A stretch of 18,467 nucleotides of DNA from Myxococcota bacterium. Its GTDB lineage: Bacteria; Myxococcota; XYA12-FULL-58-9; JABJBS01. Under the pieces are notes generated by a model. It did no database searches, had not been told where the DNA came from, and worked only from the letters and a program-made list of their open reading frames with translations. The number at the start of each line of letters is the position of its first letter. Position 1 is the stretch's first letter. Of this stretch, positions 1 through 8,882 are shown one piece after another. Position numbers and translations under genes: made by a program. Location of the stretch: assembly GCA_036339465.1 (NCBI GenBank), contig JAYZAY010000091.1, forward strand, positions 1 through 18,467. The letters are read 5' to 3'.

Positions 1-2
1 AG

Positions 3-1970
3 GAAGTCAAGGAAGAGACCAGCTTTCGTAAAGTCGATCTAGACGGACAAAAATATACTGTCTATGAGTATGCTGCTCCATTGGTCATCGAAGATGAGTT
101 CAAAGGGACCATTCGTTATGGACTCTCCACCCAAATAATGACGGAAACCCTCACTCAAGCTCGTATTTCTGCAGAAGAAAAGCGCATACAATCGATCACC
201 TTACTATTATTAATCGCGATACTAGGTGGGGTGATTGCGGCCTTTATGATCTTTCGGGAATCTAAGAAAATAACCAGTCCTCTCGAAGATTTTACGTCAG
301 CAGCAAACCGAATGGCACAGGGAGAACGGGGTATTCGAGTCGAAATCAGCAGTGGAGACGAACTCGAAGTTCTCGCTTCCTCGTTCAACCAAATGACCGC
401 CGAGCTCAAAGATTCCTATGAAAACCTTGAACACAAAGTCGAAGAGCGAACCACGGAACTAAAGTCTAAAACCGATGATATCAACAACATGCTTCAGAAC
501 ATGCAGCAGGGTATCTTCACGGTCATGGAAGGGCGCATCGTACACCACGAATTTTCCGCATACCTGAAAGAGATCCTTGAAACCGATGACATCGCTGGTG
601 CTAACGTCATGGACCTTCTATTCGAAGGCTCAACGCTCGGAGCCGATGCTTTGGATATGGTCGGCGTCGCGATGGACAATTCTCTGAAGACACCTCAAAT
701 CAATTTCTACCTAAATGAGCATCTCTTTGTGACTGAGTACGAGAAGATATCTCAAGGTGGCACAAAGAAAGTTTTGGAAGTCGATTGGAACCCAATCGAA
801 ATAGATGACGGTACCATCGAAAAAATGATGGTTACGTTGCGAGATGTGACAGAACTCCGCATACTACAGGAAGAATCTGCCAACCAAAAGAAACGCCTAG
901 ACATGGTGGGGCAATTATTGGCACTCTCAGAAAGCGAATTTTTTCGATTTATCGAGGGTTCCCTAGCCTTTGTTGCCCAAAACATGGCCCTGATCAAAGA
1001 AAACAGCGAGCCTAACCCCGATATTGTCGGGGAGCTCTTCCGGAATATGCACACGATCAAAGGAAATGCTCGAACCCTAGGTCTCTTGTGCCTAAATGAT
1101 ACGGTCCATGAGATCGAATCGGAATACAAAGACATGCGGGATGGCGTAAGCGAATCCTGGGAACCAACGAAATTACTGGCTGACTTAGACGTGGTAAATG
1201 CAGGCCTTCAAGAGTATCAAACGGTCTACGACGAAAGCCTGGGTGGGCGTGGGAACTCGGAAGCGGAAGACGCGGTCAATGCGGTCTTCGAGCACCTGGT
1301 GGATTTGCGGGAGAGACTTGAGCACGGCAATTTGGATGCCACCGATTTAACCAAGGCCATCAGCGCCCAGATCGAAATCTGTAAAAGTCGCAAGTTAGCA
1401 CAAGTTCTTGGTAAAATCATTGAGAGTCTTGGATTGATCGCTGAACAGCTCAACAAACCCACGCCAAACTTTGTTTTGGAGCCAAGCGATTTCATGGTGC
1501 CAAACGATATAAGTGACACCGTGCAAAATATCTTCGTGCACCTAGTTCGGAATTCCCTCGACCATGGAATTGAATCTCCAGAAGAGCGTTCTAAACAAGG
1601 TAAACCCATTGAAGGCAATATTGTTATCCATGCCAAAAAAGAAAATGGCAATATTGTGTGTGAACTGAAGGATGACGGGCGTGGCCTGAACATGGAGCGA
1701 ATGAAAGAAAAAGCGATTGAACTCGGTCTGACGCTGGATTCAATAACCGATGATGACCTTGCTGAAGTCATTTTTCATTCCGGTTTCTCCACCGCAGAAA
1801 AATTGACCGACGTGTCAGGACGTGGGGTTGGAATGGATGCCGTACGAAAGTTTGCCGAGGACTTAGGCGGACAAGTAACTCTCGAACTTTTGAGTGAGAG
1901 AGATGACAAAGGATACTGTCCATTTAGCACTGTCGTGAAGATTCCTGCGCACGTGCCACAAAGCTCATAG
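3..1970 (+). CDS. Membrane-bound CheA-like hybrid histidine kinase (TM-HAMP-PAS-like-Hpt-HATPase_c), 5'-partial
   Basis: The frame is open from position 3 (EVKEETSFRKVDLDGQKYTVYEYAAP...), so the gene begins upstream of the window and the 81 start is probably not real. It shows a TM helix (ITLLLLIAILGGVIAAFMIF), HAMP (PLEDFTSAANRMAQG...DELEVLASSFNQM), a signalling helix (LEHKVEERTTEL), a PAS-like segment (LQNMQQGIFTV...VTLRDVTE) and Hpt (LFRNMHTIKGNA). CheA-type ATP boxes are HLVRNSLDHGIE, DDGRGL and IFHSGFSTAEKLTDVSGRGVGMDAV. Confidence 0.92.
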   Translation, partial: EVKEETSFRKVDLDGQKYTVYEYAAPLVIEDEFKGTIRYGLSTQIMTETLTQARISAEEKRIQSITLLLLIAILGGVIAAFMIFRESKKITSPLEDFTSAANRMAQGERGIRVEISSGDELEVLASSFNQMTAELKDSYENLEHKVEERTTELKSKTDDINNMLQNMQQGIFTVMEGRIVHHEFSAYLKEILETDDIAGANVMDLLFEGSTLGADALDMVGVAMDNSLKTPQINFYLNEHLFVTEYEKISQGGTKKVLEVDWNPIEIDDGTIEKMMVTLRDVTELRILQEESANQKKRLDMVGQLLALSESEFFRFIEGSLAFVAQNMALIKENSEPNPDIVGELFRNMHTIKGNARTLGLLCLNDTVHEIESEYKDMRDGVSESWEPTKLLADLDVVNAGLQEYQTVYDESLGGRGNSEAEDAVNAVFEHLVDLRERLEHGNLDATDLTKAISAQIEICKSRKLAQVLGKIIESLGLIAEQLNKPTPNFVLEPSDFMVPNDISDTVQNIFVHLVRNSLDHGIESPEERSKQGKPIEGNIVIHAKKENGNIVCELKDDGRGLNMERMKEKAIELGLTLDSITDDDLAEVIFHSGFSTAEKLTDVSGRGVGMDAVRKFAEDLGGQVTLELLSERDDKGYCPFSTVVKIPAHVPQSS

Positions 1971-2138
1971 AGTTTATTACAAGTCTATTTCCCTAAAATT
2001 GAGTATTTATAATTTGACTGTACCTAAAGTTTTGTATGACTATGTAGTAGAATAGCTAATTTGAGGAGAAATACGAATGTTGAGAGATATCCAGTTAATA
2101 GAATGCTCTTTGAGCATGCGGATGGCGTTGGAGGTGTG

Positions 2139-2861
2139 ATGCGTAAGCTCTTATCTTTTTCTGCACTCGGCATACTGATGTTGTTAATCACAGCGGAGGT
2201 GTCGTTGGCCGCTGACAGCCCCTCGATGTATGTTTACCTGCCCACCGACATCCGGCCAATTGCTTTCCAAAAGCAGCTGCAGTCACACTTTCCAGGGGTG
2301 CAAGTGACTGTTTTTGGAAGAATTCGAGATTTCGAAAAAAACATTAAGAAAAAGCCACCCAATGCTGTGTTGTCGCCAGGTCCTGTTGTGGAATTGCAAA
2401 AGGGTATGACAAGCGCTGTCCAGGGTATACGAGCCGGCCGCAAGGATGAAAAATATGTACTGTTGAGCATCGGCGGCGAAGTCGATGCAAAAACGGTTGG
2501 CGGTAAAGTGATCGGCATATTGGACCTCTTGGGTCGTAAAAGGATGGATGCTTTCGTTGCGAAAATATTAAATTCAAGCAAGGCACCCAAGCTAAAGCGG
2601 GTCACCCGAATTGAAGACCTCCTTCGGGTTTTACAGTTTAAATTAGCCCAAGCGATCTTGGTGTCGGAGCGCAATGCCAAGGCGTTACAAAAAGCCAGTA
2701 AGTTGGATTTGCAAATAAAACCAGTAACAGGGATGAAGGTGGGATTGCCTGTCATCGCATTCGTGAAAGGAAAAGAGTCAAAGGAGATAGTGAAGGCTGC
2801 CCAGAAACTCAAGGGTGACATCAATGTGACCATGGGCGTCGAGAGGTGGAACAAGCTATGA
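2139..2861 (+). CDS. Exported basic protein, possibly a periplasmic binding-protein fold (PhnD-like)
   Basis: GGAGG at 2130-2134 precedes ATG 2139. It has a Sec signal peptide (MRKLLSFSALGILMLLITAEVSLA|AD). Segments KVIGILD and LLRVLQFKLAQAILVSE resemble type II binding proteins, but the fold call is tentative. Confidence 0.7.
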   Translation: MRKLLSFSALGILMLLITAEVSLAADSPSMYVYLPTDIRPIAFQKQLQSHFPGVQVTVFGRIRDFEKNIKKKPPNAVLSPGPVVELQKGMTSAVQGIRAGRKDEKYVLLSIGGEVDAKTVGGKVIGILDLLGRKRMDAFVAKILNSSKAPKLKRVTRIEDLLRVLQFKLAQAILVSERNAKALQKASKLDLQIKPVTGMKVGLPVIAFVKGKESKEIVKAAQKLKGDINVTMGVERWNKL

Positions 2862-3865
2862 AATTACAAATTCAAGGCAAAGGAACAATTTGGGTCTCAA
2901 TGCTGGCCTTACTCTGTGTAGGATTTATTTCCACGGCATCAGCACAAACAGCCACAGAAGTCGATGAAGGACTAGAAGGTGTGCTCGTGTTGATGCCTGA
3001 ATCAGAGACTTCGAGAAGTGCTTTTGACGGGCTATCTGAGGAATTGGGCGACGAATTCAATGTGTCTTCTCAAATCGTGGACGCAGAAACGACGAAAGTT
3101 GAGCAACTTGCTAAATATATTAGCGATGCGAAGCCAGTCGTTGTCGTGCTCATGAACAATGCAACGGTATCACTTTATCGTAGGTATCAATCACTAACCC
3201 CCGGGCCCTATCCTGCAGCGGTCATGATGCTCACATCGTTTCTCAAGGAATCGAGTAAAGGCATCAAGAACGCGACGGGTATCATTTACGAAATCGCGGG
3301 GATTACGTCGTTTGTGACTTTGCGACAACTACTAGACCAACCCGTGGCGAACGTAGGCGTTGTTTATCGTCCTTGGGCGAAGGGCTTTGTGGCTGAACAA
3401 AAAGTGCTCGCGGCCACAGAGGAAATCAATATCATCGGCACTGAAATCAGCGGGGAGGGAAATGTTGCGCGCCAAATTAAACGCGCTGCTTATGACCTAC
3501 TCACGGAAGAGAAGGTCGATGCCATCTGGATTCTAAATGACAACGCGCTTCTGAAAAAAGAGGTTATCGCGAATGGATGGTTGCCGGCCCTCAAGAGAAG
3601 TTCAGCACCTGTGGTGGTGAACGTTTCGAGCTTGGTTACTCCCAAAATCAAGTTCGGTTCCTTTGCCGTGTTGCCGGATCATGAGCAACTGGGGGTTCAA
3701 GCAGCCAATATCATTTTTGAGCTTCAAGACCAAGATTGGGGCGTAGAGGGTCGCTCTCTGGAGGACCCACTGGCGGTAGAAAAGGTCTTGTTGGTCGACT
3801 ACGCCCAAGATAACTTTAAGCTCAAGAAGCAAGCGCTAGACCAAGTTGATAAGTTGGTTCGTTAA
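2858..3865 (+). CDS. ABC_sub_bind-like substrate-binding protein
   Basis: ATG 2858 overlaps the upstream TGA (ATGA). It has a signal peptide ending ASA|Q. Motifs NATGI, NVGVVY, VDAIWILNDN and PDHEQLGVQAA are typical of the ABC_sub_bind family. Confidence 0.8.
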   Translation: MKLQIQGKGTIWVSMLALLCVGFISTASAQTATEVDEGLEGVLVLMPESETSRSAFDGLSEELGDEFNVSSQIVDAETTKVEQLAKYISDAKPVVVVLMNNATVSLYRRYQSLTPGPYPAAVMMLTSFLKESSKGIKNATGIIYEIAGITSFVTLRQLLDQPVANVGVVYRPWAKGFVAEQKVLAATEEINIIGTEISGEGNVARQIKRAAYDLLTEEKVDAIWILNDNALLKKEVIANGWLPALKRSSAPVVVNVSSLVTPKIKFGSFAVLPDHEQLGVQAANIIFELQDQDWGVEGRSLEDPLAVEKVLLVDYAQDNFKLKKQALDQVDKLVR

Positions 3866-3981
3866 TCCTACCGAGAAAGTTCTCTTAAGCCGCTAAAAAG
3901 GGCTCTATTACCTCGAATATAAGGTTGGTTCGTTAATCCTACCGAGAAAGTTCTCTTAAGCCGCTAAAAAGGGCTCTATTA
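3853..3981. repeat. Exact 58-bp direct repeat (3853-3910 and 3924-3981) with a 13-bp spacer
   Basis: GTTGGTTCGTTAATCCTACCGAGAAAGTTCTCTTAAGCCGCTAAAAAGGGCTCTATTA occurs twice, separated by CCTCGAATATAAG. Confidence 0.97.
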
Positions 3982-5373
3982 GCTCTGGAGGCCATAGCTG
4001 TTGGTGATATTTCCTTCGAGAAAGTCTTTAAGCCATTTAGTCGTTGCCAGCGAATTTGAATCCAATAGAGTTTGGGCGATAGAGGAGAGCATCTCTTGGT
4101 TCGTTGAACCGCCATCTAAATCAACAGATGCATGTTCTAGGGCTTTGATTAAACCCGTCAGGGCATCACATCTATTGGCCCCGTGGGCGAGAATGATTGC
4201 AATATGGGGACCAAGCTCCGGAATCATGGAATTGCCACTTTGGTAGCGGTTATCAACCCGAATGCCCGGATTCTGGGGAACCTCAAACTCTAAAATCTTT
4301 CCCAGAGATGGATGAAAATCCTGGTCAGGATTTTCTGCACTAAGGACGACCTCTACCACATGACCATGGGGCTCAGGAGCAGTTGGACTGGACAAATCAA
4401 TCCCTTGAGCAATCTCTAGTTGCTTCAAAAGAAGATTCATCCCAAAGAGCTCTTCGGTGATATTGTAAGTTGCTCCCAAATGGGGTGTGAATTCCATAAA
4501 ATAGAGAGCATTGCTCTCCGAATTAACAAGAAATTTTGCCGTTCCCCCATTGGTATAGTTCACCGCTTTGGCAATGTCTTGGGCAGCTTGTCCCATTTCT
4601 TGATGCATCTGCTTGGATAGACTTAGCGTGGGCGTTTCTTCCAATATTGTGCGGGTCCGTCTCTGAATAGAGCAATCACGACTGGACAAAGCCCAGGAAT
4701 TACGACTTCTATCCACGAGAATCGGCACTTCAAGATGCCTCGTAAACGGGATGAGTTGCTCTACTAAGAATTTCTCAGGAAACGGCCTACCACCTAACTG
4801 AGATTTAACTTCTTCAAACCTCTTATCAAGCTCATCTTCATTCCGGATAAACGAAACCGGGGAGCCTGTGCCATTCTTGGCAGCCTTAATAACCACCGGC
4901 AACCCCAATTGCATAATCGCTTCTTTAATCTCGTCTAATTGCACAAGAGAATGGTCAATCCCCTTGACGGTTTGAATCCCACATTTCTCTGCGATCTCTT
5001 TTACATGTGTTCGCGTTGTCACTGAGCGCATGCTTGCGGCAGACGGTCCAATAAAAGTAATGCCACTAGATTCACAAAGTTGGACTATTTCTGGATTTTC
5101 TGCCTCGCCCCCCCATCCGGGCCAGAGTGCATCGATCTTATTTTCCTTCAACTTGAGGATTAATTCTTGAGCATCCATCTGGGATGAAGAAGATGCTCGG
5201 GATGGAATAAGGATAGTGTACTGAGCATTCCTTACGGATAATGAATCTTTGGTTGCTTCCGTATGACATAAATAGACATCGATAGGATAATCGACCTTTG
5301 AGCAAAGGCGCGCAGCCGCCAAAAATTGAGTCACGACCTCGCCCTGCGCAATGATAGCAACTCGTTTAAACAA
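3979..5373 (-). CDS. Biotin carboxylase-like ATP-grasp protein with a degenerate active site
   Basis: The preferred start is TTG 5373 (GGAG 9 nt upstream), giving MFKRVAIIAQGE, similar to canonical MFKKILIANRGE; the ORF is open to 5556. BC scaffold motifs are DALWPGWG, GITFIGPS, LPVVIKA, RHLEV, RDCSIQRR, AENP and PGIRVD. No biotin-carrier or carboxyltransferase domain is present. Confidence 0.88.
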   Translation of the reverse strand: MFKRVAIIAQGEVVTQFLAAARLCSKVDYPIDVYLCHTEATKDSLSVRNAQYTILIPSRASSSSQMDAQELILKLKENKIDALWPGWGGEAENPEIVQLCESSGITFIGPSAASMRSVTTRTHVKEIAEKCGIQTVKGIDHSLVQLDEIKEAIMQLGLPVVIKAAKNGTGSPVSFIRNEDELDKRFEEVKSQLGGRPFPEKFLVEQLIPFTRHLEVPILVDRSRNSWALSSRDCSIQRRTRTILEETPTLSLSKQMHQEMGQAAQDIAKAVNYTNGGTAKFLVNSESNALYFMEFTPHLGATYNITEELFGMNLLLKQLEIAQGIDLSSPTAPEPHGHVVEVVLSAENPDQDFHPSLGKILEFEVPQNPGIRVDNRYQSGNSMIPELGPHIAIILAHGANRCDALTGLIKALEHASVDLDGGSTNQEMLSSIAQTLLDSNSLATTKWLKDFLEGNITNSYGLQS

Positions 5374-5619
5374 TCTCACATACTCCGCTGTGATTGGCCC
5401 AACATTCTCAACTAGCTGAGAACTGATCGCTTCGGGTGAACCGGCTTCCTTCAACCATATCAATGAATCTGGATTGACCACAATCTGCAGGTACCAGAGA
5501 TTCAATTTTTTTATTTTCAATTGCCTTAGGAGCAGCGAGAAGAAAGTGAAGCTCAATGGGAAAGTCCTGAATGAATGTGCTTTTCCTGGCTTTACAGGTA
5601 ATTATAGTGGAGAACTGCG

Positions 5620-7038
5620 CTATTTAGGAAAAAGGTCTTTGTTAATAGGGGTAGGTAAGGGCTTTGCATTTCGCCTGACCGCTCCCATAAGAACCACAAG
5701 ACAAAGCAGCGGTGTGAGATTTCCTCTAAGATTTGAACATCCTGAGTTGTCAGGAACCTCTTCTTCGACGATTGGGTCCGGAGAAGGCCATTCTGACTTG
5801 AATGCTTCATGCCCATCGATCTTTGGCTGTGGGAACTCTCCCAAATCAGGACAGTCATTTGGGTTTTCGGCCCCACAGGCAACCTGAAATTCTGTGGCAT
5901 AATCAATTTTCCAGATTTTATCTCCGGTGCCTGTGGCATCTGACTTCAGCACAACGGAGTAGTGGGCCCCCGGTATCAAATCAGCCTTGGGCGACAACTT
6001 CATAATACGGGCATAAGTTTTCCCCCCCCAACCGACTCCAGCCCTCGAAAAACCGACGTTTTCTCCAGAGCTATCCTTCCAGAACGAGTCAACAGTTTGG
6101 TGGTTAATTCCAGAACCGAGAATAAAAGACACCCAACTATCTGGAGACTTACTTAAATGACTTCGAAGTCTACGGGGCGATTCCGGATACGAAAAGACCA
6201 CAACATCTTTATCGGAATATTCGCCATGGAGTCGCTTCCATAGGGCTTCAAGATAACGAGCTGTAGGAAATATTTCTGCCCGAAGAGAGCCTGGAATATC
6301 CGCTTCCATGTAATTTTCCCGGGTCCACTTCAGGACATTGAGGTATTGGTTTGCCGCAATTTGGGAAATTGCACTCCCCACCCCTTCACCGACATATAGT
6401 GTAGTCATTGTGTCAACCCATGACAGCAGCAGCTCTTCTGTGACCTCTTTATCAAACAGACCTGGCTTATTGTAGAGAGCCAAGAGCACGTCCACCGGTA
6501 TATCTCCCTCTGGAATCGTGTTGACGAGGGCATCCATTGCCAAAAATCCATCGGTACCCGAATCTGCTTCTTTTTGCCCGGAATTATCGTGATAACGCAC
6601 TTGCGGTAAGAAAAGAGTATCGAAAACTTCATCTTGAAAACCGTGGGCAGCACACCCCATGAGGAAAGCAACGCGCTTTTGAGATTCTAGTGTGGTCCAT
6701 GGGGGTGGGTGATGAATCCGTATCCACTCCACAAAATCCTCGATGAAGGGTGCCCAATGACTATACTGACCAATTTCAAGGGCCAATGTTTCTTCTTGAA
6801 CACTCGGATAATAACCAAAATCTGGGTATGCGGCCCCGAAAAGGAGGATATTGAAGACCTCTGGATGTGCCAGAAATTGTCTTAGTTCACCCTGAGGTAG
6901 ATTCTCCGCCGCCCACGCCGTCACTTGGATATGCCCAAGGCCACCGTGACCATAGGATTGCCTTGCCCCGAAAAGGGTAATCAGGCCGGTGCATAAAATA
7001 AAAACCTTTTTTAGAAGGATTTTCGGTAAATTTCGCAT
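5620..7038 (-). CDS. Secreted zinc-dependent phospholipase C-family protein with Ig-like domain and MYXO-CTERM-like tail
   Basis: GGAG lies 7 nt upstream of ATG 7038. A signal peptide is followed by mature HGGLGH, then GAAYPDFGY, SHW and GCAAHGFQDEVFD metal-ligand motifs. LSPKADLIPGAHYSVVL resembles an Ig-like (Big_5) domain. The C-terminus is an acidic/Pro linker, SGCS, a hydrophobic helix and RR. Confidence 0.8.
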   Translation of the reverse strand: MRNLPKILLKKVFILCTGLITLFGARQSYGHGGLGHIQVTAWAAENLPQGELRQFLAHPEVFNILLFGAAYPDFGYYPSVQEETLALEIGQYSHWAPFIEDFVEWIRIHHPPPWTTLESQKRVAFLMGCAAHGFQDEVFDTLFLPQVRYHDNSGQKEADSGTDGFLAMDALVNTIPEGDIPVDVLLALYNKPGLFDKEVTEELLLSWVDTMTTLYVGEGVGSAISQIAANQYLNVLKWTRENYMEADIPGSLRAEIFPTARYLEALWKRLHGEYSDKDVVVFSYPESPRRLRSHLSKSPDSWVSFILGSGINHQTVDSFWKDSSGENVGFSRAGVGWGGKTYARIMKLSPKADLIPGAHYSVVLKSDATGTGDKIWKIDYATEFQVACGAENPNDCPDLGEFPQPKIDGHEAFKSEWPSPDPIVEEEVPDNSGCSNLRGNLTPLLCLVVLMGAVRRNAKPLPTPINKDLFPK

Positions 7039-7213
7039 TGATTTACTCCAATACCTTTTGAGAAACCATGAACCCCACTCTCTCATGTCCCAAAACGAGT
7101 GACATTCAATTCTCTTGAGCAAGGGCGTTTGCAAAATAAGCAAGGCAAAAATAGAACTTTCTTGTCTTGGGCTTGGTTGTCCTATGAATCAAAGCTAAAT
7201 TGTCGGCCAATCA

Positions 7214-7804
7214 ATGGAGGAAAGCAACGTGCTTCTACTTACGGGGTTTGGGCCCTACACCACAGGGCAAGGTCTTAAGCTTGAAAGCAATCCCACCGAG
7301 AAAATTGTGCAAAACGTATCCAAAGGCCTTCCCTCCGTCTTGGGGAGAGTTCTTCCCGTGGTCTACTCGGAAACGAAATCAAAACTACGACAACTCTTCA
7401 AACAAGAGGAACCGAAAAATTGGATTGGACTTGGCTATGCCCCTCATCGCACAACCCTTGATCTAGAAGTGCTGGCAATCAATGTTGAACATGCAGTTCA
7501 GGGAGACAACCACGGTGATAAACCCTGGAACCGTCCAATCCTGGACGGTGCTCCCTTGGCATACGAAACGTCAATGGATATTCCCCATGTGACGGATGTT
7601 TTCTTGGATGCTGGCCTTGAAATCCAGGCATCATTCCATAGTGGCACTTTTCTATGCAACCAAGTTTTCTACTTGGGATGTCACCATGTTAAAACCAGTT
7701 CCCTAAAGACTGCGGGCTTTATTCACGTGCCACCCATGGAGAACTTTCGGGCCTTTGAAAAGGGTCTTAAGGATCTTATTTTGAGTTTGGAGAATAACGA
7801 ATAA
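7214..7804 (+). CDS. pcp: Pyroglutamyl-peptidase I (peptidase C15)
   Basis: Motifs LLTGFGPY, NPT, LPV, LEVLAIN (catalytic Glu), GTFLCNQVFY (catalytic Cys) and GFIHVP (catalytic His). Confidence 0.93.
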   Translation: MEESNVLLLTGFGPYTTGQGLKLESNPTEKIVQNVSKGLPSVLGRVLPVVYSETKSKLRQLFKQEEPKNWIGLGYAPHRTTLDLEVLAINVEHAVQGDNHGDKPWNRPILDGAPLAYETSMDIPHVTDVFLDAGLEIQASFHSGTFLCNQVFYLGCHHVKTSSLKTAGFIHVPPMENFRAFEKGLKDLILSLENNE

Positions 7805-7828
7805 CGGGGCTAAGTAAGACTGGAAAAG

Positions 7829-8563
7829 TCATTCAGAACTTCTAGGGCCGGGAATCGTATTGGTCGTCGCCATAGGCTCTATAGGCAAACTTAAAGGAGC
7901 CACATTCGATTCTTGGAGGTATTTTCTAAGACCAGTGAGTATGGTCACAGGGTATCTTTTTTGTAGGATATTGACGAACCAGTTGGGAAACCAACCTTTG
8001 GGATTCATCAGTACTTCTAAACGTAAAAGAGTTGTTGTCGGTGTTTTTGGGGTAAGGATCCAACGACCCACAATCAGATCTGCACGGACGCCAACGCTTT
8101 GAATAGGGTGCGTTTGGGTTACTTCCTGAAGTGTACGACCTTCAATCAAGAGCCCCTTTCCTCGAGGCTCGATCCAAAAAGCATAAATAACATCACGATC
8201 CTTGACCACGGCAGGTAGATCAAAAGCTTGGTAAACAATTTTCTTCGCATCTCGAGCTTGGTGTAAAAGCTTGGAATAGGCGAGTCCATCGGTCCATTTT
8301 GTCCAGCGCGTGTGATCGTAAATAGCGCCAGCAACCACGCCCACGGGTTTCTCGATGAGGATGTCGCCACGCACGGCGAAGATACTGGATTCCTCCAAAC
8401 GCTTGCGAAAAAGTGAGACGCCCTCGTTGTGTCCCAGGCTCTCCCAAGTGCCGCCTGCAATGGGATCTCCCTTAAAACCCTTTGATGCAAAAACGGGGCT
8501 TTGGAAAATCATCACCAAGAAAACCGAAAGAATCGTCAATTGCGTGAAGTTTGATTTCCTCAC
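7829..8563 (-). CDS. Exported START/SRPBCC lipid-binding domain protein
   Basis: GTG start with GAGGAG upstream and a signal peptide ending VFA|S. START signatures include WESLGHNEGVSLF, RWTKW, DLPAVVKDRDVI, GRWILTP and NPKGWFPNWFVN. Confidence 0.87.
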   Translation of the reverse strand: MRKSNFTQLTILSVFLVMIFQSPVFASKGFKGDPIAGGTWESLGHNEGVSLFRKRLEESSIFAVRGDILIEKPVGVVAGAIYDHTRWTKWTDGLAYSKLLHQARDAKKIVYQAFDLPAVVKDRDVIYAFWIEPRGKGLLIEGRTLQEVTQTHPIQSVGVRADLIVGRWILTPKTPTTTLLRLEVLMNPKGWFPNWFVNILQKRYPVTILTGLRKYLQESNVAPLSLPIEPMATTNTIPGPRSSE

Positions 8564-8882
8564 CTATATTCTCCTCAATACTTGCCTAGATTCACGTACC
8601 ACTTTTTCCTTGGGCATTTTTATTCGCACTTTCGTGACCCATTACATTATCCCATAAATTTGGGCAGGGAGGAGAGACCCAAGAGTTCAATCATGACCGA
8701 AGCAGCCTACGATATTTCACTAGGTTTGTTCTAGGGCTTGTAGAGGGTATGACGAAAGTATGACTTAATGATTTCGAAAAATTGGAAATGTTGGATATTA
8801 TTTATGGAACCAATCAGATGTAGGCGCCTCCAAAGCCCTATCACGTCATGACAATCTACCATGGTGACCGTTTTCTGTGGGT

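Noticed and set aside
3..1970. Assigning the symbol cheA
   Set aside because: The protein has TM/HAMP input, lacks the CheW domain and has no che genes beside it in this window.
1971..2138. Sigma70 promoter from TATAAT (2008-2013) or TTGACT (2014-2019)
   Set aside because: The AT-rich gap probably contains a promoter, but I found no properly spaced -35/-10 pair.
3853..3981. 58-bp repeat as a mini CRISPR array
   Set aside because: There are only two copies, the repeat is too long, the spacer is only 13 bp, the copies overlap stop codons and no cas genes are present.
3979..5373. Calling a functional accC/pccA
   Set aside because: Most catalytic residues are substituted and partner domains are absent.
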